From Candidatus Margulisiibacteriota bacterium (GTDB lineage Bacteria > Margulisbacteria > WOR-1 > O2-12-FULL-45-9 > XYB2-FULL-48-7): a stretch of 64,000 nt of DNA. The position numbers and the translations under genes are program-made. The notes beneath the pieces were generated by a model. That model saw only the letters and a list, made by a program, of their open reading frames with translations. It searched no databases and was not told where the DNA came from. The DNA is taken from assembly GCA_041658645.1 (NCBI GenBank), contig JBAZZV010000006.1, positions 19,486 to 83,485 of the forward strand, written 5' to 3'. How positions within the stretch are numbered: the stretch's first letter is position 1; each line of letters begins with the position of its first letter. This document shows positions 27,345-38,671 of this stretch, one piece after another.

Positions 27345-28796
27345 ATGTACACAAAAACAGCCCACGAACTTTGTAATGTCCTCTCCGAACGGAAGATAAG
27401 CTCCGTTGAATTGACCGGCCTGGTCCTGGCCAGGATCGAACAGGTCGAACCGCGGATCAAGGCGTTCGTCAGCTGGGACCAAGAGGCCGCGCTGGCCCAG
27501 GCTTACGCCGCCGATGAAAGGTTGAAGAGCGGCCAGGGGGTTACCCCGCTAACCGGTATCCCGATCGCCGTCAAAGACAACATGTGCACTCGCGGGGTCA
27601 CCACGACCTGCGGCTCCAAGATACTTAGTAACTACCTCCCGCCGTATGACGGCACAGTCGTAGCCAAACTGAAGGCGGCCGGCGCGGTCATCGTCGGCAA
27701 AACGAACATGGACGAGTTCGCCATGGGCTCCTCGACCGAGAACTCCGCTTTCCATCCCACTCATAATCCGTGGGATACCGGCACCGTCCCCGGCGGCTCG
27801 TCCGGCGGTTCGGCCGCGGCGGTCGCCGCGCATGAAGCGATCCTGGCGACCGGTTCGGACACCGGCGGCTCGATCCGGCAACCGGCCGCTTTCTGCGGCG
27901 TGGTCGGGCTAAAACCGACCTACGGCCTGGTCTCCCGCTATGGGCTGGTCGCTTTCGCCTCATCGCTCGACCAGATCGGCCCGCTGACTAAAGATGTCGC
28001 CGACTCGGCTTTGCTGCTGAACGCGATCGCCGGCCATGATCCGAAAGACTCGACCTCGGTCAACCAACCGGTCCCCGATTACCTCGGGGCACTTCAGACC
28101 GATATCAAGCGCCGCCGGGTCGGCCTGATCAAGGAATTAATGGGGGCTGGGATCGCCCCCGAAGTCAAAGCGGCGGTCAAAGCGGCCGCCGACAAATTGT
28201 CCAACCTTGGGGCGGAGATCAGCGAGGTCTCGCTCCCCTCTTTCGAACACGCGGTCGCCACCTATTATCTGATCGCCCCGGCTGAAGCGAGCTCGAACCT
28301 CGCCCGCTATGACGGGGTTAAATATGGCCAGAGGTCCAAAGAGGCCAAAGACCTGATCTCAATGTATTACAACACCCGCCGGGAAGGTTTTGGCCCCGAA
28401 GTGAAGCGCCGGATCATGCTCGGCACTTACGCCCTCTCCGCCGGCTACTACGACGCTTACTATTTGAAAGCACTTAAGGTCCGGACGCTGATCAAGCAGG
28501 ATTTCGATCGGGCGTTCAGCGGCTGCGACGCGCTTATTTCCCCGACCGCCCCGACCGTCGCCTTCAAGCTCGGCGAAAAGACAGCCGACCCGCTCGCCAT
28601 GTACCTCTCCGACATCGCCACCATCCCGGTCAACCTGGCCGGCCTCCCGGCCATTTCTCTCCCCTGCGGCTTCAGCGGCAACCTGCCGATCGGCTTGCAG
28701 ATCATCGGCCCGGCTTTCGCCGAAGAGACGCTCCTCCGCCTCGCGTTCGCCTACGAACAAGGAACTGAATGGCACATAAAAAAAGCACCGCTCTGA
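27345..28796 (+). CDS. gatA: Glutamyl-tRNA(Gln) amidotransferase subunit A
   Basis: Amidase signature [13 protein letters not shown], 483 aa. Confidence 0.9.
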   Translation: MYTKTAHELCNVLSERKISSVELTGLVLARIEQVEPRIKAFVSWDQEAALAQAYAADERLKSGQGVTPLTGIPIAVKDNMCTRGVTTTCGSKILSNYLPPYDGTVVAKLKAAGAVIVGKTNMDEFAMGSSTENSAFHPTHNPWDTGTVPGGSSGGSAAAVAAHEAILATGSDTGGSIRQPAAFCGVVGLKPTYGLVSRYGLVAFASSLDQIGPLTKDVADSALLLNAIAGHDPKDSTSVNQPVPDYLGALQTDIKRRRVGLIKELMGAGIAPEVKAAVKAAADKLSNLGAEISEVSLPSFEHAVATYYLIAPAEASSNLARYDGVKYGQRSKEAKDLISMYYNTRREGFGPEVKRRIMLGTYALSAGYYDAYYLKALKVRTLIKQDFDRAFSGCDALISPTAPTVAFKLGEKTADPLAMYLSDIATIPVNLAGLPAISLPCGFSGNLPIGLQIIGPAFAEETLLRLAFAYEQGTEWHIKKAPL

Positions 28797-30241
28797 TCCT
28801 CGGGCTGGCCCTGACCGGACTGGCGGCCTGCGCCGCCCTGGCCGCCAGCCAGGCTGACATCAAGAAATTCCCGCCGGTCTCCGGCGAGATCTACGGCCAG
28901 GCCTCACCCAGCGTCCGCTCGATCACGGTCAACGGCAAACCGGTCTCCTTCGACTCCGGCCAGAACTTCAAGGCGGCCGTCAATCTCCGGCCGGGAGAAA
29001 AATATCTTGTCCTCAAGATCAATTACGAGGGATTGCGCATCATTAAAAAATACCTGATCTTAAGGAAGACCGCGATCAAGAAGTTCAAGGTCTTCGTCCC
29101 TAAAGAGAAGATCGAGAAGGATGTCCAGGCGTCAAAACGGGCCCGGGCGGCCGAGCTGAAAACGCAAAGGGGAGAACAGGCCAGACAGCGGGCCCTGCAA
29201 GCCCTGGCCAAGCAAGAACGGGCCAGGGTCCTCCAGGCCGAGCGGGAAAATAACTGGCTGAAGAAGGTCCCCTCACCCAAATTCTATGCCAAGGAATTCC
29301 GGGGGAGCAACGAAGTGCTCGCCCTTAACCAGGCGGTGGTGGGCGATAATTACGGACTCCCCTTCAAGACGCCGATCGATTCGGTCACCCGGCTCAATGA
29401 ATTGCTGAAAGTGACCAATTTTTACGAACTGGGCAGAAAGAAACATCCGAACGCCCCGCTCTCGCCGCAAGCCAGGGCCCTGGTCGAGGAAACCGCCGCT
29501 TACCGGGGGCGACCCTTTGAGCAGCTCTCCCCTTACCAGCAAAAGAAGGTCCTCCTCCTGAACCGCCTGTTGCTGGAAGCGTTCTATCCCTCTGTCCCCC
29601 AGCGGGATACCTGGTGGGTGGCGACGCCGAAAACAAAAGAAGAAGCTAAATGGCTGAAAGCGGTCCCTTCGCCGAAATATTACGCCAGCGAGTTCACCGG
29701 GGGAACGGCCGAGGTCGCCGCCCTCAACGAATTGATCGCCCGGGACAACTACGGTCTGCCGTTCCGCGCCCCGCTCGACTCGGTTGACCGGCTGAACGAA
29801 CTGTTACAGACGCCGAACTTCTATGAGTTGACCCAAAAGAAGAACAAGGTCTTTGTCCCCTCGCCGCTCCTGGCCGCCCTGATCAAGGAGACGGCCGACT
29901 ACCGTAACCTCCCCTTCTGGAAGCTTGATCCGGTCCGGCAGAAAAAGATCCGGCTGTTGAACCGCCTCCTCCTTTCAACCCTCTATCCGGAAGCGCCGCA
30001 GCGGGCCGCCTGGGGGATCACCGCGGCGGAAATGCCGCTCCCCAAGGTCAAGGAATATCTCTATGTCTGGGAATTCAGTGAAGGGAAGCTCCTCATCGCC
30101 AAGGAGACCAAAGGGAAATACTCGGCCGAGGTCTATCTCCCGGTCTCCCAGGAATGGCTTGACCTGCGCGGCATCAGCGAAGCGGAGCTCCGCCAGCTGA
30201 TCGAGAAACCGGTCAAAACCTTTAAACCTAAGAAAAAATAG
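28769..30241 (+). CDS. Secreted/lipoprotein hypothetical with two ~120-aa internal repeats
   Basis: Signal [23 protein letters not shown]; repeats [15 protein letters not shown]...NYGLPF...RLNELL...FYEL...LLNRLLL...YP..PQR; start overlaps gatA 3' end. Confidence 0.55.
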   Translation: MAHKKSTALILGLALTGLAACAALAASQADIKKFPPVSGEIYGQASPSVRSITVNGKPVSFDSGQNFKAAVNLRPGEKYLVLKINYEGLRIIKKYLILRKTAIKKFKVFVPKEKIEKDVQASKRARAAELKTQRGEQARQRALQALAKQERARVLQAERENNWLKKVPSPKFYAKEFRGSNEVLALNQAVVGDNYGLPFKTPIDSVTRLNELLKVTNFYELGRKKHPNAPLSPQARALVEETAAYRGRPFEQLSPYQQKKVLLLNRLLLEAFYPSVPQRDTWWVATPKTKEEAKWLKAVPSPKYYASEFTGGTAEVAALNELIARDNYGLPFRAPLDSVDRLNELLQTPNFYELTQKKNKVFVPSPLLAALIKETADYRNLPFWKLDPVRQKKIRLLNRLLLSTLYPEAPQRAAWGITAAEMPLPKVKEYLYVWEFSEGKLLIAKETKGKYSAEVYLPVSQEWLDLRGISEAELRQLIEKPVKTFKPKKK

Positions 30242-30243
30242 AT

Positions 30244-31173
30244 CTATTTTCTTCCCAAGCTTCTTAATTTCCCAATTGCCCCAGCCGCCACCACATCGTC
30301 ATCGTCCTTCAGCAAACCTGTTAAAATTTTGAAATAAGTAACAGAGTGGGGATCAAGTTTGTCGGTGACTTTTTCTCTGGCTGCCCAATAGCCGCGGTTC
30401 GCCGCCCCATACCTTAATAAGTCGAACTCCGAATTAAAAGACCCCCTGCCGTTTAAGACGTCATATGCATTCCTGGCAATACTTCTTTCGGCATCCAATA
30501 AAGCAAAAAGACAACCAGTTGATGTGTCCGGAGATCTTGCGGCCTCGTCTTTTAATTCTTGATGGCAGCTTTTCGCTGCCGCGTCCATAATTTTATTTTT
30601 AGCGACATTCCCTCTTTTAATTAAATTCTCAAATGCTCCTATTGCCACCTCTCTGCTGGCATCGACTCTTACGCGTTTCAGAAGAACGTCAACTGGCGTA
30701 ACTGACGATCCTGCCGCTGCCCCCCTGATGCTCGAATTAGGGCTGTTACTCGCCATCTCCATAAGCATGTCTTCATCAACGATCTCCCTTCCCCTCAAAG
30801 TCTCTAACGCAGCCAAAGCCACGTCACTGTCAACCATACTATCTCCGATTAATTCAAAAAGGGTTCGGTTCGGCAGTCCGGAAATCGCGTTCTTTAATTC
30901 ATCCAGGATTGACGTTGTCTCTTCTGCCGGTTTTTCTGTGATAAGCAATTTGGCTTGAGCCGCTCTAATGACCTCCTCGGAGCATTCTGATGCCGGCCTT
31001 CTACTTTCAAAACCGATAACCCCCTTGAGAGTTTCGCGGTCCAAGTGCCCGGATTCCACGGCGGCCAGTCTTAATTCTCGCTGTGGGCTCATTGCCCTTT
31101 TCTTGGCCGCCGCCAATTCTACTTGAACAATAATTCCAATTTTTCCCGTCCCCTTTACTCCGCTCATGTTCAT
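30244..31173 (-). CDS. HEAT/PBS-lyase-like repeat protein; lower GC
   Basis: Start MNMSG with AAGGAGAAT RBS; repeated ...A..ALG..G motifs (SIRGAAAGS, ARNAYDVLNGRG, AANRGYWAAREKV, VAAGAIGKLRSLG); upstream six-frame extension would overlap gatB. Confidence 0.5.
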   Translation of the reverse strand: MNMSGVKGTGKIGIIVQVELAAAKKRAMSPQRELRLAAVESGHLDRETLKGVIGFESRRPASECSEEVIRAAQAKLLITEKPAEETTSILDELKNAISGLPNRTLFELIGDSMVDSDVALAALETLRGREIVDEDMLMEMASNSPNSSIRGAAAGSSVTPVDVLLKRVRVDASREVAIGAFENLIKRGNVAKNKIMDAAAKSCHQELKDEAARSPDTSTGCLFALLDAERSIARNAYDVLNGRGSFNSEFDLLRYGAANRGYWAAREKVTDKLDPHSVTYFKILTGLLKDDDDVVAAGAIGKLRSLGRK

Positions 31174-31272
31174 ATTCTCCTTTATTTTTTCCTTAACCTG
31201 TCGCCCATATTTATCAATAGTTCGGGCCGGTAATTTCACTATATTTCTGATAAAAATGTTATAATCAGGGTC

Positions 31273-32715
31273 ATGAAATTCGAAACCGTGATTGGCCTCG
31301 AGACCCACGCCCAGCTTTTGACCAAAAGCAAGATGTTCTGCTCCTGCCCTAATCTCTTCGGCGACCAGCCGAACACCAATATCTGCCCGGTCTGCACCGG
31401 CCAGCCGGGGGTACTGCCAGTCATTAACAAACGAGCGGTCGAACTGGCGATCAAGACCGCCCTCGCCCTGAACTGTAAGATCGAGCCGCGGAATGTCTTC
31501 GCCCGCAAGCACTATTTCTATCCCGACCTGCCGAAGAACCTGCAAATATCCCAGTACGAACTCCCCCTGGCGACCGGCGGCTATTTAGAGATCGAAGTTG
31601 ACGGGGTCAAAAGAAAGATCGGCATCACCCGCATCCATCTCGAAGAAGATGCCGGCAAGCTCGTCCACCTGGGAGCCGCCCGGATCATGGGGGCCGAAGC
31701 TTCGCTGGTCGATTACAACCGGACCGGCACCCCGCTGATGGAGATCGTCTCCGAGCCGGACCTCCGCTCCCCCCGGGAAGCGGCCGTCTATACCCAAACG
31801 CTGGCCAACATCCTCCGCTATCTTGAGGTCTGCGACGCCAAAATGGAGGAAGGGTCGCTCCGCTGCGATGCCAACCTCTCGCTCCGCCCGGTCGGCGAGA
31901 AAAAACTCGGCACCAAGAGCGAGATCAAGAACATGAATTCCTATAAGGCGATCGAAAAGGCGCTCCTCGCCGAGGAAAAGAGGCACGCCGAGATCCTCGA
32001 GGAAGGCGGCAAGATCGTCCAGGAGACCAGGTTCTTTGACGACGTGACCGAAACGACCACCGGGATGAGGAACAAAGAATTCGCCCACGATTACCGCTAC
32101 TTCCCTGAACCGGACCTGGTCCCGATCGAACCGGCAGCCGAATGGGTCGAGGCGATCCGGCAAACTATCGGCGAACTCCCCTGGCAGCGGCAGTTCCGCT
32201 TCACCTCGGAGTTCAAGCTACCAGCTGAAATAGCGGCGATCCTCCTGGCCGACAAACCGATGGCTGATTTCCTCGACGCGACGGCCAAGCTCTACGATAA
32301 ACCGGCGATCATTGCCAACTGGTTGGTCGGTGACCTGAACGGTTATCTTAATGAGAACAAATTAAAGATCTCCGCCCTGAAGTTTGTCCCGGCGCAACTA
32401 GCCGAATTGCTCCAATTGATCGAGGCCGGCACGCTAAGTAACAAGATAGCCAAAACTGTGTTGAGCGAAGTCTTAAAGACCGGCCAGCAGGTCAAAGACG
32501 TGATCGCCAAATCGGGCTTGACGCAGATCAGCAATGAGGATGAACTCAAAAAGATCGTTCAGGAAGTGATCGACAACAATCCAAAGCAAGTTGAACAGTT
32601 TAAGTCGGGCAAAGAAACAGTGATGATGTTCCTGGTCGGTCAAGTGATGAAGTTATCAAAAGGCCGGGCCAACCCGGCCTTAGCCAATCAGCTGCTCAAG
32701 GAAGCGCTCAAATAG
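31273..32715 (+). CDS. gatB: Asp/Glu-tRNA amidotransferase subunit B
   Basis: MKFETVIGLETHAQL... canonical GatB, 480 aa. Confidence 0.9.
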   Translation: MKFETVIGLETHAQLLTKSKMFCSCPNLFGDQPNTNICPVCTGQPGVLPVINKRAVELAIKTALALNCKIEPRNVFARKHYFYPDLPKNLQISQYELPLATGGYLEIEVDGVKRKIGITRIHLEEDAGKLVHLGAARIMGAEASLVDYNRTGTPLMEIVSEPDLRSPREAAVYTQTLANILRYLEVCDAKMEEGSLRCDANLSLRPVGEKKLGTKSEIKNMNSYKAIEKALLAEEKRHAEILEEGGKIVQETRFFDDVTETTTGMRNKEFAHDYRYFPEPDLVPIEPAAEWVEAIRQTIGELPWQRQFRFTSEFKLPAEIAAILLADKPMADFLDATAKLYDKPAIIANWLVGDLNGYLNENKLKISALKFVPAQLAELLQLIEAGTLSNKIAKTVLSEVLKTGQQVKDVIAKSGLTQISNEDELKKIVQEVIDNNPKQVEQFKSGKETVMMFLVGQVMKLSKGRANPALANQLLKEALK

Positions 32716-32716
32716 T

Positions 32717-34336
32717 TTAGAGTTGGTCTAATTTGTCCAACAGTTTTTTATACCGATGAATATATCTCTGCCAGGCGGGGACGTTAGTAACAGGCTCGTT
32801 CCGGGTTTCGAAAAAGAAGCCTAGCTGTAAGATATAGGAAGCCCCTTTCCTTAATTTCGCCACTTTCTCTTCGCGGGTCAGCGTCGGATCGTATAATTTG
32901 GGCAACGCTTTTTGCAGTCCGTCGACCCGGCCCTTACACCTTATCAGCCACGGATCACGCATCTCATCCCGCAGAAATGTCTTAAGAAAATCGTCAAGCC
33001 GGCTTTCGATCCAACCAAGCCAGCGCGAGCTGGTCAATGATCTTGGATCGGCTAAGTTTTCAACGATCGAAACGGCAAAAGCCATTAAATGATCGATTAT
33101 CTTTTTTTCCGCTTCCCGCTTAAGCTCCCCGATCCGTTTGGCCTGCACCGCTAAGACCTCCTGGCGCAAATTGAGCGAATCCTCCGCGACCCCCAGCAGG
33201 CTTTGCGCCAACCGGACCGCCTGATCGGAGCCGACCAGCGTAACGTGCAGCGCCGCTTCCAGCTCAACGCAGGCTTTATCTTTATGCCAGGCAAAGAACG
33301 AAGTGAAGCGCTCATGCAACTCCAGCAATTCCGGCCATTGACCGAGCGGATCGGCCGCGATCGCTTTGATCTGTTCCAGATAAACTTTATTGTCATCTAA
33401 TTCCTGGGTGATCTTCTTCTGTTCCTTGCCGATCATGCTCAATAATTTAGCGGTCGAGACCCGGTGCGGGATCGATTCCCGGCGTAAAAGACCGCTCGGA
33501 GTCAGCCGATAGCCAACCTGGTTGACGATCCAATCTCCTTTGTGTTCACCAGTTTCGATCAGCGAGATCTTCCAGTTTTGGGCCGGGCGGGTGTAGCGCA
33601 AGCGCCTGACCATTAGTTCATCGAGTCGCTTGACCAAACGGCCGGTTAAATACTGCAGGCCGGTGTCGGCCGCAACATTGTTCCCTTTGCCCTGCAAACA
33701 ATCGACCGCTTTTTGCAGGCTTTCCTTGTCCCGCTCGACGCTGAAAGGGAAATTACCTAGAAAAGATGAGAGGACTGTACAGACCTCCTGAAAAGGGTCG
33801 GCCGCGAGCGGCAGGCCCTGTTTCTTTCTGGCGGAGCGCTCTTCTCCAGCCTTATACAGTTCTACTCTGACCCGCAGGATCGTTTTATAAAGGAACAAAG
33901 CGGCGTATTCCGGGTCGCGGGCAAACGCTTTTTTCTCTTTATCAAAGGATGTTATTAATTCCGCCATTGGCTGAGGTTCGTAAGGGGTCGCTTTTGCGGC
34001 GCCATTTTTGGCGCGGGCCGCGCCGTTCCCTAAACGAGCCACCCCCTTCTCGTTAACCGAAAAAGCCAAAGCGGTCCCGGCTAACCCAGACGGTACGATG
34101 ATCTTTTCTATCCGCCCGCCACGCTGGTGTAAAACTTCGATCGCCTTTTCGGTCGCCTGGGGATGCAAACTAGCCAGGGTTTCAAGATTGGCGCGTGAGC
34201 TATCGGTAATCGGAGCGGCGGTCCGCCGGATAAGATTCCCGACCGCGGTCCAATATTTTGGTTCAGCAGTAACTCTTTTTTCAATTCGCTGAAGCTGAAA
34301 ATATCTCGATCTTAAGGTCTCCAATAGTGTTTTCAT
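32717..34336 (-). CDS. Large hypothetical protein (539 aa), predominantly α-helical, no recognised domain
   Basis: Long ORF with coding-like composition. Confidence 0.45.
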   Translation of the reverse strand: MKTLLETLRSRYFQLQRIEKRVTAEPKYWTAVGNLIRRTAAPITDSSRANLETLASLHPQATEKAIEVLHQRGGRIEKIIVPSGLAGTALAFSVNEKGVARLGNGAARAKNGAAKATPYEPQPMAELITSFDKEKKAFARDPEYAALFLYKTILRVRVELYKAGEERSARKKQGLPLAADPFQEVCTVLSSFLGNFPFSVERDKESLQKAVDCLQGKGNNVAADTGLQYLTGRLVKRLDELMVRRLRYTRPAQNWKISLIETGEHKGDWIVNQVGYRLTPSGLLRRESIPHRVSTAKLLSMIGKEQKKITQELDDNKVYLEQIKAIAADPLGQWPELLELHERFTSFFAWHKDKACVELEAALHVTLVGSDQAVRLAQSLLGVAEDSLNLRQEVLAVQAKRIGELKREAEKKIIDHLMAFAVSIVENLADPRSLTSSRWLGWIESRLDDFLKTFLRDEMRDPWLIRCKGRVDGLQKALPKLYDPTLTREEKVAKLRKGASYILQLGFFFETRNEPVTNVPAWQRYIHRYKKLLDKLDQL

Positions 34337-34389
34337 GATTATCTTTCGCCAGCTAGGCCGGAAAATTTCAGCTATGTTATAATTAAAAC

Positions 34390-35058
34390 ATGAGCGATAT
34401 CGCCTACCAAATAGGGGATTCCCTGTATTTAAATATTACCAACCGCTGCACGAACGAATGCCCGTTCTGTATCCGGAATAAAGGCCGGCAATTCAACCAG
34501 CAATATGACCTCTGGTTGAATAAAGAACCAACTGTTGATGAGATCATGGCCGCGATCGGCGATCCGGCTAAATACGAACAAATAGTCTTTTGTGGATATG
34601 GTGAACCGACAATTCGGCTGGACATCATTAAGACGGTTACCGCCGAATTTAAATCCAAACTTCAAACCTCAAACATCCAAACAAAAGACAAATCCCAATT
34701 ATCCAACCTCAAAAACGCCGCATCACCTATTATCAGGCTGGATACGAATGGAACCGCCAACCTCTTCTGGGGGCGGAACATTTTGCCGGAATTGAAAGGA
34801 TTGATCGATTTCATTTCCATCAGCCTGAACGCGGAAAACGCTGAAAAATACAATAAACTTTGCCGGCCGATGTTCGGCGAGCAAACCTATGCCGCCGTCC
34901 TCGATTTTATCCGAACGGCCAAGAGTTTCATTCCCGTGGTCGAAGCGACAATCGTCGACCTCCCCGGAGTGGATAAGGAAGCGTGTCGCAAGGTCGCTAA
35001 AGAGCTGGGGGCGAGTTTCCGGGTCCGCCCCTATTATGAGGAGAGCTATGTCAAATAA
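34390..35058 (+). CDS. Small radical-SAM protein with in-frame family-2 repeat insertion
   Basis: CTNECPFC (Cx3Cx2C) near N-terminus; ~222 aa; insertion ...FKSKLQTSNIQTKDKSQLSNLKNAAS... Confidence 0.6.
   Translation: MSDIAYQIGDSLYLNITNRCTNECPFCIRNKGRQFNQQYDLWLNKEPTVDEIMAAIGDPAKYEQIVFCGYGEPTIRLDIIKTVTAEFKSKLQTSNIQTKDKSQLSNLKNAASPIIRLDTNGTANLFWGRNILPELKGLIDFISISLNAENAEKYNKLCRPMFGEQTYAAVLDFIRTAKSFIPVVEATIVDLPGVDKEACRKVAKELGASFRVRPYYEESYVK
34646..34720. repeat. Family-2 dispersed repeat (single arm) in-frame within the radical-SAM gene
   Basis: aaatccaaacttcaaacctcaaacatccaaacaaaagacaaatcccaattatccaacctcaaaaac. Confidence 0.6.
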
Positions 35059-36379
35059 GTATGATGTCGTTGTCTTAGGCGGCGGGCCGGGTGGTTACGC
35101 CGCGGCGATCCGGGCCGCGCAGCTGGGAGCGAAAGTCGCCCTGATCGAGAAGGACAAGCTCGGTGGCGTCTGCCTCAACCGCGGTTGCATTCCCACCAAA
35201 GCCATCATCGCCTGCACCTCGCTTTTCGAAAAGTTCCAGAAAGCGGAAAGTTTTGGCATCTCGGCCGGCAAGCCGACCATCGATCTCGCCAAAGTGATCG
35301 AGCGAAAGAATACGCTCGTAGCCAAGATCGTCAAAAACCTGCAGGGCTTGATCGAAAAGAACAAGATCGAGATCATAAACGGCAACGGGAAAGTCATAGC
35401 TCCGGGAAACATTGAAGTCACATTAAATAACGGTAGTAAATTGTCAGTTGTTAGTAGTAAGTTAATTATTGCTACCGGGTCTGTCCCCAGCTGTCTGCCC
35501 GGGTTGAGCTTTGATAAAGACCGCTACCTCTGCAGCGACGATGCGCTTGAGCTGAAAGAAGCACCGGCTAAGATTACGATCGTCGGCGGCGGAGTGATCG
35601 GCATTCACTTCGCGGCAATCTACAGTACACTGGGTTCCGAGGTCACTATTTATGAAGCCCTGCCGGAAATATTGACCGGTATCGATGAAGAAGTCGTCGC
35701 TTTGGTCAAAAGGATCTTAAACCGAAAGAAAGTCAAGGTTTTGACCGGCACCCGCTTCGACCCGGCCCAAGCCAAAGGCAAGACACTGATCTGCGTCGGC
35801 CGCACACCAAATATTATGGGGCTCGAAACTTTGGGCCTGAAAATGAGCAAGCGAAGCGTTTGGGTCAGCGAAAAGATGGAAACAAGTGTCAAAGGCGTCT
35901 ACGCGGTCGGCGACGTTTGCAGCCAAACCATGCTGGCGCATGTCGCGTATGAACAGGGCGTCGTGGCGGCGGAAAACGCGCTGGGCGGGAATAGAACGTT
36001 CAATTACGATTGTATTCCGATCGGCATTTATACCAATCCGGAGATCGGTGCCGTCGGGCTGACCGAAAAAGCGGCGCGCGAGAAAGGCATTAATGTCAGT
36101 ATCGGCAAGTTCCCCTTTGGCGCGCTGGGAATCTCGCAAGCCATGGGTGAGATCGAAGGATTCGTCAAATTTGTTTGTGATGAAAAAGGCAAGATTTTAG
36201 GCGTTCATATCATCGGACCGGAGGCCACGTCACTCATCGGCACGGCTGCCCTGGCGATAAAGAACAATTTATCGATTGAACAGATCGCAGAAACTTTCCA
36301 GTCCCACCCCTCCTACCCCGAAGGTCTGCAGGAAGCGGCCGAAGCGGTCCTAAAGCGGGCGCTGCATATTTTTAATTGA
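35047..36379 (+). CDS. FAD-dependent pyridine-nucleotide-disulfide oxidoreductase, dihydrolipoyl dehydrogenase family
   Basis: GGGPGGY FAD motif, GGVCLNRGCIPTK redox-disulfide motif, NAD-binding GGGVIG, C-terminal dimerisation domain. Confidence 0.8.
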
Positions 36380-36394
36380 ATCTCTTAAGTCAGT

Positions 36395-37852
36395 TTAGCC
36401 CGCGAATACCTTATCAATAATACTTCTAAAAAAAGGAAGAAAGCTTTGGTTTTCCCATGATTTCCCATAACTTCCTGAAAGACTGCTCATTAATTCATGT
36501 GAAAGGCCAATTTCTTCTTTCCAAGGATCGCCCGGAGCTAATCCATATGAAGAAAACGAATAATCTTCAGGCTCGATCCATTTTACTAATTCTCTTCGCA
36601 CTCTCGTTCCCGGGTACGGCATAAGAGGAAATATTCTCACTGAAACCTTTACCCCTTCTTCCGATAATCCCAAAAAAGTTTCCATGTCATCAGCGATGGC
36701 TCGAGCTGACTCCCTGTCTTCAAAAGGAGTTATTATATAAGATAAAAATAGTTTATGCGGCGGAATGTCCGGAGCCCGGGTATGCACTGTTTTTAAAGCC
36801 CGAATAAACTTCGCCAGAGCCTCTTTCTCGTCATCAAGTTGTTTCTGGCTTTTAACCTTCCCTCGCAAGTTACTGCCGGCGACCCGAGCGCTTTGTTCCG
36901 TCACCACATCGCGCCCGATGAAAAATTTAAAAAAGGCGTGCCGCAACAAAAAGGGCCCCAATTTGTTCCGATAATCATCCGAAACTATCAAGGATGGGTC
37001 AAGAAACGTTATTTTAAAAACTGGTCGTTCTCTGTCATATAAGCCTTCAAATACCTCACGATAATAATCAAATCTTCTTGTTTCAAATGGGTTGGAATCA
37101 TATAGTGACAATTGACCTGGAGCAAGATTAGCAAAAACCGGCCGGAGGCTGTCAATCACTGTTCCGGCTGCAAATAACGGGGAACGGCTTAAAGGAATCG
37201 CGCAAAAACCGCATCTGTTTTCACATGAGTCATCAAAGATCGTTCCAATCAGTCTCGATCCTTCGGTATATGTATAGGGGACTGTTCGTAATTGTGGGAA
37301 TTTACCGTAACCATGCCCCTTAACCTCTTCGCCGGCAGAGCCTAAATAATAAAGCCCGGGACTGGCTATCAGATCCTTTTGACCATGTTGATTAATAACT
37401 AAATCAATAAACGGCTGAGCGTGACCAACCACTACCGAATCCGCCAATTTTGAGACCAAAGCGGTTTCAACCGAATCGCGGTAACCCTCAAGTTTCTCTC
37501 TTTTAAAATGCGGCCCTCCCGCTACTATTCTTGCTTGCGGAAATTCTTGCCGTATCAATTCAGCTAAAGCTGTAAATTTAAAATACTCTTCCGAAGTGGT
37601 CGACAGGCCGAAAACCGCGTCGTTTTCACCCGCCACCGTTCTTTTCAGCTCTTCGATGATTACTGCCCTATCGCGCCAGAGATCCAGACCAACGGCAGGG
37701 TCCCCAGGAAAATGAAGCACATTATTGAATCCTGCCTGTCTTAACGAATCCTCAATCGTTTTTAATCCTAGACGCTTTTCTGGGTTAAAATGATGATTGA
37801 GCCAATGTGCCCCGATGCGGTAGTAACCAGCGCTTGTTAAAATGACTTTCAT
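36395..37852 (-). CDS. B12-binding-domain radical-SAM protein; lower GC
   Basis: CENRCGFCAIP Cx3Cx2C; N-terminal Rossmann-like B12-binding-like region; start MKVIL (alternative 37885). Confidence 0.6.
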   Translation of the reverse strand: MKVILTSAGYYRIGAHWLNHHFNPEKRLGLKTIEDSLRQAGFNNVLHFPGDPAVGLDLWRDRAVIIEELKRTVAGENDAVFGLSTTSEEYFKFTALAELIRQEFPQARIVAGGPHFKREKLEGYRDSVETALVSKLADSVVVGHAQPFIDLVINQHGQKDLIASPGLYYLGSAGEEVKGHGYGKFPQLRTVPYTYTEGSRLIGTIFDDSCENRCGFCAIPLSRSPLFAAGTVIDSLRPVFANLAPGQLSLYDSNPFETRRFDYYREVFEGLYDRERPVFKITFLDPSLIVSDDYRNKLGPFLLRHAFFKFFIGRDVVTEQSARVAGSNLRGKVKSQKQLDDEKEALAKFIRALKTVHTRAPDIPPHKLFLSYIITPFEDRESARAIADDMETFLGLSEEGVKVSVRIFPLMPYPGTRVRRELVKWIEPEDYSFSSYGLAPGDPWKEEIGLSHELMSSLSGSYGKSWENQSFLPFFRSIIDKVFAG

Positions 37853-37940
37853 AATAGTTTTATCCTGTTTTTCATTGCCTGACATATATCGATATCATTA
37901 AAAATATATTTCATTCATTTATAAATCTTTATATAAAGAT

Positions 37941-37999
37941 AAGGCGGAGATCCTACCCCAAAGGCCTGCAGGTAGCGGTCGAAGCGGGCGTAAAGCGGG
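37941..37999 (+). pseudogene. Degenerate duplicate of the lpd 3' end
   Basis: ~85 % identical to 36311-36369. Confidence 0.6.
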
Positions 38000-38010
38000 C
38001 GCTGTCTATC

Positions 38011-38634
38011 TTATAAACACTGTTTTCTTTCGGGTAATTCCAGGATTGGTGATTGAAACACCGCTTCCAGCATTCTAAAACCTCCACTTGATCTATATTG
38101 TTCAAAAAATCTTATGATCGAGGGGCTTTCTAAATAATTTCTAATCATGAGACTTTGCGGATGAAGCGCCGTAATGAATATTAATTTGCGTTGGGCCTCT
38201 GACAATCTTGAAACGGCCTCCCAAAAATCCATTAACACCTCACCATCGCTCCGATCGTCGCCGTATCCCGCTAATAAGTTCTGATCAAGCAAGCCAATCA
38301 GCCCCGGCAAAAAAGAATGGATCTCATCAAGCACATAAATATCAGCGACTGGCGCCCGGCTTAAGTCCGCATCAATCATACATCCGTGATGTGAATTATG
38401 ATGGTAACAACACAATTCGTTTTTTTTCAAATAGCTCTGCCATGCCGGGTTTTTAAACAGGCTTGTTTTGCCGATCTGTGTATTAGCGTTAAAATTGCTT
38501 TGATTTGTCCCGGTAACAACAAGCCGCGGAGAACAACCAACTAAGCGGATCAATGTTTCAATTCTATTGCCATCGGTTTTGGTCGGATAATATTTAGTTA
38601 TTATTAGTGGACCAACCGGAGCTACTCTTGTCAT
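38011..38634 (-). CDS. Hypothetical protein (207 aa) downstream of the radical-SAM insert
   Basis: ORF only; Cys/His-rich segment CCYHHNSHHGC. Confidence 0.4.
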   Translation of the reverse strand: MTRVAPVGPLIITKYYPTKTDGNRIETLIRLVGCSPRLVVTGTNQSNFNANTQIGKTSLFKNPAWQSYLKKNELCCYHHNSHHGCMIDADLSRAPVADIYVLDEIHSFLPGLIGLLDQNLLAGYGDDRSDGEVLMDFWEAVSRLSEAQRKLIFITALHPQSLMIRNYLESPSIIRFFEQYRSSGGFRMLEAVFQSPILELPERKQCL

Positions 38635-38671
38635 GCAAGATTGTCATTTAAAACCAGACAAAATTTCAGGG

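Noticed and set aside
30244-31545. Full-length six-frame ORF 30244..31545 (433 aa)
   Set aside because: The upstream 125 codons overlap the well-supported gatB start on the opposite strand. An internal start MNMSG at 31173 with an RBS is more plausible.
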